Of a stretch of 64,000 bases of DNA, positions 29,428-40,977 are shown piece by piece (within the stretch, counting starts at the first letter, position 1; each line of letters begins with the position of its first letter). Under the pieces are notes generated by a model. The model was given only the letters and a program-made list of their open reading frames with translations, had not been told where the DNA came from and searched no databases. Both the position numbers and the translations under genes were made by a program. The DNA is from Candidatus Dadabacteria bacterium (GTDB taxonomy: Bacteria > Desulfobacterota_D > UBA1144 > Nemesobacterales > CSP1-2), in contig CAWDVW010000002.1 in assembly GCA_963805855.1 (NCBI GenBank), forward strand, positions 256,001 through 320,000. Reading direction: 5' to 3'.

Positions 29428-30039
29428 ATGATAATAAAACCCATACTGGATATTACCGAGTACCGCATTCCCTTGGAAATGCAAGACGTACTCAATAACA
29501 CTAATGAATTAGCCTTAGAGATTGGGTTTGGAGACGGCGATTTTCTTATACAGATGGCAAAAGAACGACCGGATTTGAATTATATCGGCATAGAAATTAA
29601 ACGTAGCAGATTCAAAACGGCAGTTAATAATTTGCTGAAACAAGAGATCAGTAATGTAAAGCTTCTCCACATGGATGCAACGATCGCGCTCGATGAAGTA
29701 TTTAAACCGAGTACATTTATTGAGGCTTATATAAATTTCCCGGATCCCTGGCCAAAGGATCGACACAAAAAACACAGGATTATTAATAATCCTTTCCTAG
29801 ATAAGCTATCAACAATCATGAAACCGCGAGGGTTGTTAGAGATAGCCAGTGATCACAGAGATTACATAGAGCATATGCTAACGGTGTTCAATCAAAACAG
29901 TAGATTTAAAAACTCGTTCAAACCCCCTGGTTACACGAACAAACTCACGAACAGACCTTTAACAAAATACGAAATCGAGTATCGGATGGGGGGGCGAGAA
30001 ATTTTTTACCTGCGCTATGCAAATCAGAACAATTCTTAG
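29428..30039 (+). CDS. trmB: tRNA (guanine-N7)-methyltransferase
   Basis: LEIGFG.G, NFPDPWPK.RH.K.R, TKYE. Confidence 0.95.
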   Translation: MIIKPILDITEYRIPLEMQDVLNNTNELALEIGFGDGDFLIQMAKERPDLNYIGIEIKRSRFKTAVNNLLKQEISNVKLLHMDATIALDEVFKPSTFIEAYINFPDPWPKDRHKKHRIINNPFLDKLSTIMKPRGLLEIASDHRDYIEHMLTVFNQNSRFKNSFKPPGYTNKLTNRPLTKYEIEYRMGGREIFYLRYANQNNS

Positions 30040-30295
30040 ATGAATTCCCAACAAATGTATAAAGGAAACCTTTGAGAGTAACTATTCTGACAAATCCATT
30101 TTTATTGTCCATTTTCCTAGTAATATGATAATCACATCATAATGGCCATGACTTCCACTCGATATCGTCCAGATAACTTTTCACTTATTCAAATTCAAAT
30201 ATAAATAATGTAAGATTAAATGAGGTAAGTAGATTTGATCTGATGATAATTAGTGGACGAGCACATACCAATAAATCCAAAGGAGGACCTGACAG

Positions 30296-30562
30296 ATGAT
30301 GCATCTTACAAACACTATTAAACTTTTATCTGTGGTGCTTATTTTAGGCGGTTGCTCTGGTAACCCCCAGGGTGCCGGATACTGGTTTCATATAATATTT
30401 ATATTGTTACCATTAATTATCATCGGTGTATTGCTCCTTAGAAGAATAGAGAGCTTGAATGACTCAATGTTTACAATGGAAGGTCAACTCAAACGACTCT
30501 CAGGCAAGTTAGACACCATTGATGAAAAAATAAAGCAGCCTACGGGAAAGAAAGAAGGCTAA
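30296..30562 (+). CDS. Small lipoprotein/membrane protein
   Basis: AGGAGG; lipobox LGG-C; TM helix; coiled coil. Confidence 0.7.
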   Translation: MMHLTNTIKLLSVVLILGGCSGNPQGAGYWFHIIFILLPLIIIGVLLLRRIESLNDSMFTMEGQLKRLSGKLDTIDEKIKQPTGKKEG

Positions 30563-30572
30563 TTGATCTTAT

Positions 30573-31139
30573 TTACCGATTAACGCCTTGCCCTGCAGTG
30601 GATTGTCTTAACACCTGAACTTGATACTTTGGAGGCACAGTTCCTAAGTCATTTGTGACATGCAATACGCCTTCTTCATCGGTCCACCGGTAGATACTCT
30701 CTTGTTTATGTCTACGAGAGGCTGAAGTAGGGGGTTGATTGACAATATCCGCTTGAGTGAAACTATCTTCCGATGCTTGATTGCTCTCGTCAGCACCTTC
30801 TTCCGGAATCTCCTTTTTGGGGCTGTTGACTTCAATATTACTGGGTCGTTTGGTCGTTGTACCAAGAGTACCAGCACTATCTCTGTAATCAACATCTTTA
30901 CTTCCACTCATAGTGGAAAGTCCAAAGGGATTTAGGTTATCACGCGGGGCTACGATGTAGTCGGGGAAATCGGGTTGACCCTGGAGAACGTCCGGGGTTT
31001 GAGATCCGCCACTTGGTGGCTGTGCATTCGGTGATACTATACCTGTTTCACCACTCGTTGATTGAGAAAACGAATTAATTGGCGTGCAGATAGCAACGAC
31101 TATAATAAACAATGAAAAGAATAAGGTTTGCTTAATCAT
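30573..31139 (-). CDS. Exported protein with DUF4124-like C-terminus
   Basis: Signal peptide; IYRWTDEEGVLHVTND...VPPKY. Confidence 0.8.
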   Translation of the reverse strand: MIKQTLFFSLFIIVVAICTPINSFSQSTSGETGIVSPNAQPPSGGSQTPDVLQGQPDFPDYIVAPRDNLNPFGLSTMSGSKDVDYRDSAGTLGTTTKRPSNIEVNSPKKEIPEEGADESNQASEDSFTQADIVNQPPTSASRRHKQESIYRWTDEEGVLHVTNDLGTVPPKYQVQVLRQSTAGQGVNR

Positions 31140-31250
31140 AATCTACCTCCTCGGCCTACCGTAACAGTTAATTATACACTTTCACCGTCCATTCTCAACA
31201 GTTCGCTCTTTCACCATTCAGGCTATAAGCCTGTTAACACCCCTTAAAAA

Positions 31251-31279
31251 TTGACAATAAAGTACCTTCTATGTATTAT
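31251..31279 (+). promoter_or_regulatory. sigma70-type promoter of aroF
   Basis: TTGACA-17 bp-TATTAT. Confidence 0.7.
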
Positions 31280-31332
31280 CAAAATCTATCAAAAATGTCT
31301 TACGACCGACATAACGGAGAGGCAACAAGGCT

Positions 31333-32352
31333 ATGATTGTGGTAATGAAAAGTGATGCCAGCGAGGAGCAAATAGAAAACGCTATCTCAACAATACACGA
31401 ACTGGGTTACAGTTCTCATGTCATTCGAGGCATGTTACGAACCGTTATAGGGGTTATAGGAGATGAAAGAGGAAAGCCGCACCATCTTGAAACCTTGGGT
31501 GTTCTAGAAGGGGTAGAAAATGTTGTACCGATACTCCAACCCTATAAACTTGCTAGCAGGGAATTCAATCCTGGAAACACGGTCGTAACAGTTGGCAATG
31601 TGAAGATTGGAAACCAAAAATTACAAGTAATGGCAGGTCCATGCTCGGTAGAGAACGAAGAGCAGATTCTTGAAACCGCAAAACAGGTAAAGGATGCTGG
31701 AGCAACAATTCTAAGGGGTGGCGCTTTTAAACCAAGAACATCACCATATACCTTTCAGGGTCTTGGAGAAGAGGGATTAAAACTTCTTGCAAAAGCCAGG
31801 GATTTGACTGGATTACCAATAGTAACAGAGATTCTTGACTCTGATGATTTAGAAATTGTAACTGAGTACAGCGACATGCTCCAGATTGGTGCAAGAAACT
31901 CACAAAATTACGCCCTGCTCAAACGCGTTGGTAAATCGAACAAACCTATCTTGCTAAAAAGAGGAATGTCTACAACCATAAACGAATTTCTCATGTCTGC
32001 AGAATATATCCTTTCCGAAGGTAATCTGAATGTTGTTCTCTGCGAAAGAGGCATACGGACCTTTGAAACAGCAACAAGAAATACCTTCGACCTGAATGCC
32101 ATACCGGTATTGAAGGAGAAGACTCATCTTCCTGTGATCGCTGATCCAAGCCATGGTACAGGTTACTGGCAATACGTAATACCAATGTCACTAGCGGCGA
32201 TAGCAGCGGGAGCAGACGGTTTACTGATCGAGGTGCATATTAGACCAGAGATTGCGGTCAGCGACGGGGGCCAGTCTTTGAAGCCTTCGACATTTGCCAC
32301 CCTTATGAATAAGGCACGTCCTGTGGCGAGGGCTGTCGGTAGAGACTTATGA
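31333..32352 (+). CDS. aroF: DAHP synthase, type I-beta with N-terminal regulatory domain
   Basis: [38 protein letters not shown]. Confidence 0.95.
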   Translation: MIVVMKSDASEEQIENAISTIHELGYSSHVIRGMLRTVIGVIGDERGKPHHLETLGVLEGVENVVPILQPYKLASREFNPGNTVVTVGNVKIGNQKLQVMAGPCSVENEEQILETAKQVKDAGATILRGGAFKPRTSPYTFQGLGEEGLKLLAKARDLTGLPIVTEILDSDDLEIVTEYSDMLQIGARNSQNYALLKRVGKSNKPILLKRGMSTTINEFLMSAEYILSEGNLNVVLCERGIRTFETATRNTFDLNAIPVLKEKTHLPVIADPSHGTGYWQYVIPMSLAAIAAGADGLLIEVHIRPEIAVSDGGQSLKPSTFATLMNKARPVARAVGRDL

Positions 32353-32423
32353 CCTGTCTATATTAATGCCGATAAGGTACCTGTCGAGAAATGAAATGAT
32401 TTAGCTTACCAAAATATATCATC

Positions 32424-33038
32424 TTACGAATTTTGGGATTCAATCGATACACTCCTACCCCTAATCTTTAACTTTCCCTCTGAAAACAGTCTAATTGCTT
32501 CAGGATAAATTCTGTGCTCTTCCTCATGGATCCTCTCTAGTAGACTATCTTCGGTATCATTTTCAAATATTGGAACGACGGATTGTAATATAATTGGGCC
32601 GGTATCGACTCCCTCATCCACGAAGTGAACCGTGCATCCTGTGTATTTTACACCATATTCGAGTGCCCGCTTAACGCTATTGATTCCAGCGAACGCAGGT
32701 AGAAGTGCTGGATGAAGATTCATTATTCTGTTTTTGAACCTACTGACAAAATATGGAGATAGAATTCTCATAAAACCCGCAAGGGCAATTAGGTCAATAT
32801 TATAAGGTTCAATCGATCTCAGTATTTCCTTTTCATAATCCTCTCTGGAAGAGTACCCACTATGATCTATCACTAAAGAAGATATCCCATATTTCTTTAT
32901 TCTCTCTATTGCGTATGCATTAGGATTATTACTAAACACTAATGCGATTTCTACCGTTGGAACCTTTGCATCAATGATTGCCTGGAGGTTGGAACCGCTT
33001 CCTGACACAAAAACTGCGAGGCGGGTTTTAGTATTCAT
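32424..33038 (-). CDS. purN: Phosphoribosylglycinamide formyltransferase
   Basis: SGSGSNLQA, LAGFMRIL, NLHPALLP, GCTVHFV...VD.GPI. Confidence 0.96.
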   Translation of the reverse strand: MNTKTRLAVFVSGSGSNLQAIIDAKVPTVEIALVFSNNPNAYAIERIKKYGISSLVIDHSGYSSREDYEKEILRSIEPYNIDLIALAGFMRILSPYFVSRFKNRIMNLHPALLPAFAGINSVKRALEYGVKYTGCTVHFVDEGVDTGPIILQSVVPIFENDTEDSLLERIHEEEHRIYPEAIRLFSEGKLKIRGRSVSIESQNS

Positions 33039-33109
33039 AGGTTTTTTCCTGAATTAAAACTGAGTAAGGTAGAAAAAATAGTAAGCCATCGAGACGACAA
33101 AAAAAAGAA

Positions 33110-33227
33110 TCAGGGCAGCGACCTACTTTCCCACATCCGTAGGGATGCAGTATCATCGGCCTTGAAGAGCTTAGCTTCCGGGTTCGGAATGGGACCGGGC
33201 GTTTCCTCTTCAGCATAGCCACCCAGA
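33110..33227 (-). rRNA. rrf: 5S rRNA, stand-alone
   Basis: Minus strand: TCTGGGTGGCTATGCTGAAGAGGAAACGCCCGGTCCCATTCCGAACCCGGAAGCTAAGCTCTTCAAGGCCGATGATACT...GGGAAAGTAGGTCGCTGCCCTGA. Confidence 0.95.
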
Positions 33228-33238
33228 TTCAGTAATAA

Positions 33239-33266
33239 AATTTAACAAAGAAAGCGATAATGTCAA
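33239..33266 (-). promoter_or_regulatory. Promoter directly upstream of 5S rRNA
   Basis: TTGACA-16 bp-TAAATT with extended TG. Confidence 0.65.
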
Positions 33267-33422
33267 TATCGGCCCAAAACTGTATATTCTTCTTCAGAAA
33301 GTAGATGGATCAAAGACTCTTACTCGCATGAATAACATAAACGTAATGTAAGCATACTCTGATACAGGAATGAAGGATAAGAATCAAATTAACGAATTTA
33401 GTAGGCGGGATACACTAGAACT

Positions 33423-35006
33423 TTAAGATTTTTCTAAATAACTCTTTATCGGAAAAACTCGACCGGCTCGTTTCAATTTTTTAATTGCCTTAACTTCTAT
33501 CTGTCTGATTCTTTCTCTCGTCACCTTAAACTCCTGACCCACTTCCTCCAGAGTGTGTTCCCTCTCGCCATCTATGCCAAAGCGAAGCCTTACTATGCTT
33601 TCCTCCCTCTTACTTAGTACGGAAGTCAGGGCATTATTCATGATCTCCTTTAATTCCTTCATTTCAAGCACCTGAAGTGGGGAGGCCAAATCTTTGTTTT
33701 CGATTAGATCCATAAGTCTACTATCCTCTTCGTCTCCTATCGGAGATTCAAGGGATATGGGGTCCTTGGAAATCTTAAGAACCCTCAGTACCTTCTCTAA
33801 CGGCAGTCCAACCTTCGTCGATATTTCTTCCGCCATTGGCTCTCGCCCGAGATCCTGAACAAGCGATCTTGAAACCCTGATTAGTCTATTGATCGTTTCG
33901 GTCATATGTACTGGAATTCTTATAATTCTAGATTGATCGGCAAGAGACCTGGTAATCGCTTGCCGTATCCACCATGTTGCATATGTAGAGAATTTGTAAC
34001 CTCTTTGATATTCAAACTTTTCAACTGCTCTCATGAGCCCGACGTTGCCCTCCTGAACCAAATCTAGGAAGGGAAGACCACGATTTATATATCTTCTCGC
34101 TATGCTAACCACTAATCTCAGATTTGACTCAATGAGCTTTCGCCTAAACCTATTAGCCCTCCTATCTCCCCGCTCTATGCCGCATAAGGCTAATTTAAGA
34201 TTCTGACTTTGTTCCTGCGCTCCCCTGACCAGCTCTTCCATCTTCTTTCTGACCCTCTTTTTCGATCTAGACCCTTTGGAAACACCCCCTTTGTGAATCT
34301 CAATATATCCCTTTTGCACTAGCTCATTGCGGTTGTTGTGCTGCTTTGCGATTGCCAGTATTCTGTCCATTTGATTTCGGCTGAGATTTATATCCTCTAA
34401 ATATGAAATTATTTTTTCATTATTTTTCTTAATCACCTGTTTTCGAGCTCTATCACGGTTTCTTGGAGATAAATTGATTTCCCTTTTTATCCTTTCGGTC
34501 TCCTGCCACAAACGTTTTATGGCGTTAATTGACCTACTTATACCAAACAGTATCTCCTCCTCTCCTAGATCATCAGTGTCATCATCGATCGAGCTCGTAA
34601 CATCTCTTACATTGAGGGTTCCTTTCTTTAATTTATCTCCAAGTTTGATTACTTCATTCAACATTATGGGAGACACAAGAATAGATTTTGCAATCATTCT
34701 TTTCCCTTTTTTTATCTCTTTTGCGATGTTGATCTCCTGTTCTCTTGAAAGGAGAGAGTGGCCGGCTATTTCATGTAGGTAAAACCTAATCAGATCATAT
34801 TCGTTTAAATTCTCACCACCCGTCCTCAGATCAAATCCATTTGTTTGAGAAGCTAATTTTGCATCGTATTTTTCATCATCTTCACAACCGTTCTCGTCTA
34901 GATTATCCTCATCAACTTCGTCTTCGGAACATAATGCCACAAGAGAACGAGTAAGATTCTCTTCTTCATCCTTTATAGGATATTCAACCCTATTCTTAAT
35001 CCTCAT
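33423..35006 (-). CDS. rpoD: RNA polymerase sigma-70 factor (RpoD-type)
   Basis: Region 1.2 (D.IR.YL.EI), [50 protein letters not shown]; follows dnaG. Confidence 0.9.
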   Translation of the reverse strand: MRIKNRVEYPIKDEEENLTRSLVALCSEDEVDEDNLDENGCEDDEKYDAKLASQTNGFDLRTGGENLNEYDLIRFYLHEIAGHSLLSREQEINIAKEIKKGKRMIAKSILVSPIMLNEVIKLGDKLKKGTLNVRDVTSSIDDDTDDLGEEEILFGISRSINAIKRLWQETERIKREINLSPRNRDRARKQVIKKNNEKIISYLEDINLSRNQMDRILAIAKQHNNRNELVQKGYIEIHKGGVSKGSRSKKRVRKKMEELVRGAQEQSQNLKLALCGIERGDRRANRFRRKLIESNLRLVVSIARRYINRGLPFLDLVQEGNVGLMRAVEKFEYQRGYKFSTYATWWIRQAITRSLADQSRIIRIPVHMTETINRLIRVSRSLVQDLGREPMAEEISTKVGLPLEKVLRVLKISKDPISLESPIGDEEDSRLMDLIENKDLASPLQVLEMKELKEIMNNALTSVLSKREESIVRLRFGIDGEREHTLEEVGQEFKVTRERIRQIEVKAIKKLKRAGRVFPIKSYLEKS

Positions 35007-36783
35007 GCATTCCTCCCCTTACTGATTTCTCATGTTCTACTAATTCTCTGCATTCTTTATATTCTTTTATGAGTTGTTTCTCCAGCACATCGTCTCTCGT
35101 GTTATTAGCTTGCTCAATTTCCACCCTGAGATATCTCATCCTTTCTTCTAGCTTCCGCAGCCTAATCTTTCTGATGCACTCTTCAATCATTTTTCTGGCA
35201 GTGTGTTCATCTGTAACATCATTGGACGAAAATACCGCCTCGGATACGATCTCTTGAGTAGCGGTATTATTGAACCGCACAAGAAGGGCCGACACTTCTA
35301 TAACATCTCTTTCTAACATTTCTCTTAAAACAGACTTAATCTCACTATCACCCAGGAACTGGACAATACCCATATCCCTCAGAAGCTGTAACAACTGTGG
35401 GAACTTTAAAACAATCTTAAGAAGCATTCTTTCATGTGAATTGGGTTTTTCTACCAGACTGGAGCTTTCAGGAATCTGGGTTTGCGTTACATTTTTAATG
35501 AACGAAAATAACTCATGTTCCCTGAGCCCAAAAATTTCGGCGGTTTTTTTTATATAATGATTCCGTTCAATTGAGTCTTTCATAAACCCTATCATCTCAA
35601 TTATTCCCTGAATTGCTTTATTCCTGGTTAAAATACCTTCTTTAAGTAACGCTAGTCTTTTATCAATAAAAAAGTCCATCAGGGAAGTCGCATTATCAAC
35701 CAACTTTAAAAACTCATCCCCGCCACTCCTCGTAATGAATGAATCAGGATCGTGTCCTTGCGGTAGCACTACGATAGAAGGTGATATTCCTACCTTTAAA
35801 AAAACCTCAAGCGCCCTAATCGAAGCATCTTTGCCCGATTTATCCCCGTCAAATACGACCGCTACCTTATCCGTATATCGCCTAAGCAATAAGGAATGTT
35901 CCTGTGTTAATGAAGTTCCCAAGGTAGCAACAGCATTTTTTATTCCAGCGGCGTAAAGTGAAAGAAAATCCATATACCCTTCAACTATAATTGCTTTCTC
36001 TGTTCTTCGAATAAAATCTTTGGATCTATCTAGCCCAAAGAAGATACTTCTTTTATGATAAATTTCAGACTCGGGCGAGTTAATATACTTAGGACTGTCT
36101 TCACCATTGACGACACGTCCGCCAAAACCGACTACCTTCGAATCTACATCAACAATAGGGAATACTATTCTGTTCCTAAACCTGTCATAATACCCTTCTC
36201 TATTACTTCTCTTAATGACAAGACCAGTCTTTTCCGCGATTTCCAAAGGAAATTTCTTTCTTCTCAAAAAATTATCTAATTTATCCCAGCCCTGAGGCGC
36301 ATAACCCAATCGAAACTCTCTGATGATCTCATCTGAAAATCCTCTCTTCTCCAAATAATTTTTGGCGCCTTTACCCTCTGCGGTTTGAGTCAGCATCTCG
36401 TGATAGTATTCACATGCTAATGCATTGGCTTTAAACGATAACTCTCTTCCCGAATTTTTATTGGGGGGAACGGGTCGATCCTCAATTTTAATTTCAGCCT
36501 TATTCGCAAGTTCGCTAACCGCTTCCTTAAAAGAGAGATTCTTATACCTCATTACAAAGCCGATTATGTCTCCACCTGCACCACAACCAAAGCAGTGAAA
36601 TACACCAATATCGTCATTTACATGAAAAGACGGATTCTTATCCTCATGGAAAGGACAGAGTCCTACAAAGCCTCTTCCAGCCCTTTTGAGAGAAACATAG
36701 GTTTCAACTAGACCTGTAATACTCAGCCTCCCCTTTATCTCTCTTACAAGCGATTCATAGGAATGTTTCGCCATAAAACTCAA
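34996..36783 (-). CDS. dnaG: DNA primase
   Basis: CPFH...C.GC zinc finger, DRFR.R..FP, KY.NSPE, EGYMD, FDGD, DPD. Confidence 0.97.
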   Translation of the reverse strand: MSFMAKHSYESLVREIKGRLSITGLVETYVSLKRAGRGFVGLCPFHEDKNPSFHVNDDIGVFHCFGCGAGGDIIGFVMRYKNLSFKEAVSELANKAEIKIEDRPVPPNKNSGRELSFKANALACEYYHEMLTQTAEGKGAKNYLEKRGFSDEIIREFRLGYAPQGWDKLDNFLRRKKFPLEIAEKTGLVIKRSNREGYYDRFRNRIVFPIVDVDSKVVGFGGRVVNGEDSPKYINSPESEIYHKRSIFFGLDRSKDFIRRTEKAIIVEGYMDFLSLYAAGIKNAVATLGTSLTQEHSLLLRRYTDKVAVVFDGDKSGKDASIRALEVFLKVGISPSIVVLPQGHDPDSFITRSGGDEFLKLVDNATSLMDFFIDKRLALLKEGILTRNKAIQGIIEMIGFMKDSIERNHYIKKTAEIFGLREHELFSFIKNVTQTQIPESSSLVEKPNSHERMLLKIVLKFPQLLQLLRDMGIVQFLGDSEIKSVLREMLERDVIEVSALLVRFNNTATQEIVSEAVFSSNDVTDEHTARKMIEECIRKIRLRKLEERMRYLRVEIEQANNTRDDVLEKQLIKEYKECRELVEHEKSVRGGMHED

Positions 36784-36920
36784 TTAAAAAAATCTCGATT
36801 AAAAATCAGCTGATTTGGATGATAAATGGATACGAAAAAAAATATAAGGTAAATAATGCTCCAATGGTAAGTGTTCCCTCCCGGACCTTATCATGTGCAA
36901 AAAAAGTGAAACTGAGCTTG

Positions 36921-37112
36921 TTAAACCCTTCTGACCTTTTTCAACAAGCGTTTCTTTGCAGCGTGAAACCTCTTTTTCTTTTTCTCACTGGGCTTCTCAT
37001 AGTATTCGCGTTTTCTAGCCTCAGACAATACTCCACCCTTCTCCACCTGCTTTTTGAACCTTCTCAACGCACTATCGATGCTCTCGTTATTTCCAACTGC
37101 AATCCCGGGCAT
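36921..37112 (-). CDS. rpsU: 30S ribosomal protein S21
   Basis: ALRRFKK, R.YYEKPS. Confidence 0.96.
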   Translation of the reverse strand: MPGIAVGNNESIDSALRRFKKQVEKGGVLSEARKREYYEKPSEKKKKRFHAAKKRLLKKVRRV

Positions 37113-37240
37113 AAAAAACCCCTCCTCGAATCTACTAGAGTTTATCCTACAAGCTAAAACATTAGCATCAGATTGTCAAGTGCCATCAGATATCATATCG
37201 CCAAATAAACCGGTATCATCGGTCGATGACAAGCTTTGCT

Positions 37241-37435
37241 TTAAAATTCTTCCTTCTTCGGGAAGTTCCCAACGTTACTGCGATTTTTCAGAATCAATTC
37301 GTCAATGTTGTCTGTGCCATCGGAATTACCAGCTTCTTTTTCTTCCGGCTCCATTCGATGCTCTTCTAATCTGGCTGTCCACGAGTCCCGTTTTTTCCTG
37401 ATGTCGTCTATAAGTCCCATAATAAACTCCGTCAA
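37241..37435 (-). CDS. Small charged hypothetical protein
   Basis: 64-aa ORF co-oriented with its neighbours; no motif. Confidence 0.45.
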   Translation of the reverse strand: MTEFIMGLIDDIRKKRDSWTARLEEHRMEPEEKEAGNSDGTDNIDELILKNRSNVGNFPKKEEF

Positions 37436-37487
37436 AAGTAATTAATTTGAATTAGGTAATTCTACACAAGAACTTCCATCTTAACAC

Positions 37488-38786
37488 TCAATTTAGTAAG
37501 GACGATACTTTAGTGACTTCAACATCGCCTTCTATTTTCGGGAGCATATACCTCAGAGCCTTCAGAGTTTCCGGATAGGGATGACATATACCCACTGCAT
37601 ATCCCTTTTCTTTTGAGATATTCACGAGCCTTAGAATCTGCGAATTCACGTAATGCTCATCCTGAGACACCTGATCTAAAAAGACATCTCTGATTGCAGT
37701 TTTCATTCCCAAAGTCTTTGCAATTTCGAAACCCTTGGAATCTGCACTTGTTTTGCTGTCGATGAAAAAAAGACCTTTCGCATTCAACTCCCTAAGAACT
37801 ATCTCCATTAGTTCCGGATTCTCAGTAAATTTTGAGCCCATATGATTATTTACTCCTTTTACATAGGGAACCGCCGAAATATTATCGTCAAGCTTCTTTA
37901 TAATCTCCTTCTTCGTTAAACTCTCCAATAACACTCCGTCACCTGCATCATCCCCGACATATCCGGAAATGCTTTTCGGTTCCATTGGTAAATGAAGAAT
38001 TACATCCCATCCCCTTTGCTTTGCCTTCTCGGCAGCATATCGGGAATACGGCAAATATGGAAGGATCGCAAAATTGATTGGAAACTCCAATTCCAAAAGT
38101 CTATCAACAGAATCCTTATTAAATCCCAAATCATCAACTATAATCACTACCTTCGGCTTCTCTTTATCTGCCGCCGGCAAATTTAATCTTTCTCCTTTAC
38201 CAAATGAGGCCGCCTTCCATTCTTCCGTTTTAATATCGGGCGCATCCCGATCCCCTATAATTTGATGTGATGTTCCCTCAGTACCTTCCTTGTGCAGATC
38301 AAAACGAATCCTATACAGGAGAGAATTGTTGAATTTAATTTCAGAAATAACATAATGCGTACCCCTTTTAAACTTCTGTTCGAAGTCCTTATTGGAAATA
38401 GTATCTCCAAAAGTCGATTCGACATCTTTATCGGACACTCCTTCGGGAAGATCAACCCTCATCTCACTGAGGTTCCATTCAATTTCTCCGGTCCCCTTCA
38501 TTGGTATCTCCTTCGAGGAGACTAAGTCTCTGGAGACCCCTAATCTGAAAAAAACCACAGACAGATCTCTGTCTAGCTCTTTTTTAATATTCGAATAATC
38601 GGAAGGCGCTAATTTTTTTTGCGGGAGCGGAAGGAAAAGTCTATTCTCAATCAGGCGCAAACCATAAATACCAGCTAAAAGGAATACAATTATCGCAAGG
38701 ATTGATATCGCCGACCTACGTGCATTCGAGACCTTGCGCCGACGTTTAGCACTTTTTCTACCTGATCCCTTTTGTTTTCTCGGCAA
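37488..38786 (-). CDS. Divergent polysaccharide deacetylase (YibQ-like), membrane-anchored
   Basis: IIVDD.G, LHLPMEP, GVNNHMGS, FIDS.T, RDVFLD, ICHP. Confidence 0.92.
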   Translation of the reverse strand: MPRKQKGSGRKSAKRRRKVSNARRSAISILAIIVFLLAGIYGLRLIENRLFLPLPQKKLAPSDYSNIKKELDRDLSVVFFRLGVSRDLVSSKEIPMKGTGEIEWNLSEMRVDLPEGVSDKDVESTFGDTISNKDFEQKFKRGTHYVISEIKFNNSLLYRIRFDLHKEGTEGTSHQIIGDRDAPDIKTEEWKAASFGKGERLNLPAADKEKPKVVIIVDDLGFNKDSVDRLLELEFPINFAILPYLPYSRYAAEKAKQRGWDVILHLPMEPKSISGYVGDDAGDGVLLESLTKKEIIKKLDDNISAVPYVKGVNNHMGSKFTENPELMEIVLRELNAKGLFFIDSKTSADSKGFEIAKTLGMKTAIRDVFLDQVSQDEHYVNSQILRLVNISKEKGYAVGICHPYPETLKALRYMLPKIEGDVEVTKVSSLLN

Positions 38787-38799
38787 AAAGGATGGTCTC

Positions 38800-39945
38800 C
38801 TAACCCCTGGGAACTGTTTTGCTCACATCCGATAATTTTAAAATCTCAACTGCCCTTTTAATTTGTAAGTCGGCATATTCATTATCTTCAACAATGATAT
38901 CAGGCGTTACACCAACATCGCTGATTGATCGCCCACTTGGGGCGTAAAATTTCGCGGTTGTGAGCTTAAGCCCTGAACCGTCATCGAGTTGAATGATCGT
39001 TTGCACGGAACCCTTCCCGAATGTCTTAGAACCAATAATGGTCGCTCTTTTGCTATCCTGAAGTGCCTCTGCAACTACCTCGGATGCACTCGCGCTGCCT
39101 TTATTTACTAAAACAACAAGTGAAATATCCCGTTCTGAATCTCCTTTTGTCGCATAGTATTCCTTAGACTGATTCGAAGTTCTTCCCCTCACACTTACAA
39201 TAAGTCCCTTATCAATGAACTGATCTGCTACCTCTATGGCCTCATCAAGCAAACCGCCAGGATTGTTCCTCAGATCCAAGACGAGCCCGCGGAGACTCCC
39301 TCCATTGTCTAGTTCTAACTTCGACATTGCATCCTTTAATTCATCGGAAACATTCTCCTGAAACTGAGAAATCTTGATATAACCGATTTCGTTATCCAAT
39401 AATTTATACTTAACACTTTTAATATGAATAACATCTCTGGTTAGGGTAATATCTCTAGACCCCTCGCCCTCTCTCGTAACAGTTATTGTCACATTGCTAC
39501 CCTTTGGCCCCCTAAGCAATTTCACAGCATCATAAACAACCATACCCCCGGTTGGTTTACCATCAATTTCAGTTATTAAGTCTCCGGGTTTAATTCCAGC
39601 AAGGTCAGCGGGCGAACCTTCTATCGGCGATATAACTTTTAATACCCCATTTTCCACGGCGACCTCCATCCCTACTCCTCCAAACTCGCCTGAGGTACCA
39701 ATCTCCAGCTCTTTGTAACGCTCAGGCGAGAGATATGCAGAGTATGGATCAAGGGTCTTTAGCATTCCCTCAATGGCATTATCGGTAAGTTCCTCTGAGT
39801 CGACTTTATCAACATAATTTCTCTCTATAAGATCCAGAACTTTTGTGAAGTTAGATAGTCCTCTATAAACGGCTTCATCTTCAGGCAACGCATTTAGCGG
39901 TGAAATAAAGACTAAAAGCAAGATGATCGATAATAATTTCTTCAT
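38800..39945 (-). CDS. ctpA: Carboxy-terminal processing protease (S41)
   Basis: LDPYS, PDZ, DLRNNPGG, SASASE, TFGKGSVQ. Confidence 0.94.
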   Translation of the reverse strand: MKKLLSIILLLVFISPLNALPEDEAVYRGLSNFTKVLDLIERNYVDKVDSEELTDNAIEGMLKTLDPYSAYLSPERYKELEIGTSGEFGGVGMEVAVENGVLKVISPIEGSPADLAGIKPGDLITEIDGKPTGGMVVYDAVKLLRGPKGSNVTITVTREGEGSRDITLTRDVIHIKSVKYKLLDNEIGYIKISQFQENVSDELKDAMSKLELDNGGSLRGLVLDLRNNPGGLLDEAIEVADQFIDKGLIVSVRGRTSNQSKEYYATKGDSERDISLVVLVNKGSASASEVVAEALQDSKRATIIGSKTFGKGSVQTIIQLDDGSGLKLTTAKFYAPSGRSISDVGVTPDIIVEDNEYADLQIKRAVEILKLSDVSKTVPRG

Positions 39946-39978
39946 GATATTAATTTATTAATTCAACTTTATAGGCTA

Positions 39979-40977
39979 TCAACCCACCGACTTTCTTTTA
40001 GAATTATACGCCAAAAGCTCATGAACAGCCAGGACTATATTCTTAGAATCAAGCCCAAAATACTCGAGGAGCTCGAGACCATTACCGGATGTGCCAAATC
40101 TGTCTCTCATCCCAATTCTTTTCATAGGAGTCGGCGCGTGCTCACCGAGAACCTCTGCTATAGCTCCTCCCAACCCTCCAATGATATTATGATCTTCAGC
40201 CGTCACAACAGCCCCAGTTTCACTTGCAAGTTCTATTATAGTTTCGATGTCGATAGGTTTTATTGACGAAACATTCACCACAAAAGCATTGATCCCTTCT
40301 TTCTTTAAGAATTCTGCAGCCTCAAGTGCTTTTGACACCATTATCCCGGTTGCAAAAATAGCAACATGTTTGCCCTCCCTCAGAATCGGGGCCTTCCCAA
40401 TCTTAAACTGGTAAGTATCCTTAAAAATTGTTGGAAACTTTGCCCTGGCAAGTCTAACATATGTCGGACCTTTAGCATCGATAATGGTTCTGATTACCTT
40501 CTCTGTTTCAACCGCATCTGCAGGCACAATAACAGTCATATTCGGTAGTACCCTCATCAGCGCAATATCCTCGAGTGCCTGATGCGTAGCCCCATCTTCC
40601 CCAACCGTCAAACCGGCATGTGTTGCGACGATCTTCACGTTCAAGTTTGGGAATGCAATTGATTGTCGTACATGTTCCCAGGCACGTCCCGTCGCAAAAA
40701 CGGCAAAAGTACTCGCAAAGGGTATCTTGCCTGCAAGTGCAAAACCAGCCGCCGTCGCCATCATATCTTGCTCAGATACCCCCATCGTAAAAAACCTGCT
40801 GGGAAATTCGTTACCAAATAAATTTGTCTTTGTCGAAACAGTCAGGTCGGCATCAAGAACAACTAGATCCTTGTAGCTCTTCCCAAGATCAACCAGTGTT
40901 CTCCCATATACCTCCCTGATATAGGCATTATCCCTAATTTCATTTAGCACAAAATCACTTAGTTCCGATTGGCTCAC
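39979..40977 (-). CDS. Transketolase, C-terminal subunit
   Basis: DADL, G.SEQ, GEDGATHQ, IKPID, EDH...GGLG. Confidence 0.93.
   Translation of the reverse strand: MSQSELSDFVLNEIRDNAYIREVYGRTLVDLGKSYKDLVVLDADLTVSTKTNLFGNEFPSRFFTMGVSEQDMMATAAGFALAGKIPFASTFAVFATGRAWEHVRQSIAFPNLNVKIVATHAGLTVGEDGATHQALEDIALMRVLPNMTVIVPADAVETEKVIRTIIDAKGPTYVRLARAKFPTIFKDTYQFKIGKAPILREGKHVAIFATGIMVSKALEAAEFLKKEGINAFVVNVSSIKPIDIETIIELASETGAVVTAEDHNIIGGLGGAIAEVLGEHAPTPMKRIGMRDRFGTSGNGLELLEYFGLDSKNIVLAVHELLAYNSKRKSVG

Noticed and set aside
33028..33222. 64-aa ORF
   Set aside because: It is a translation of the 5S rRNA gene.
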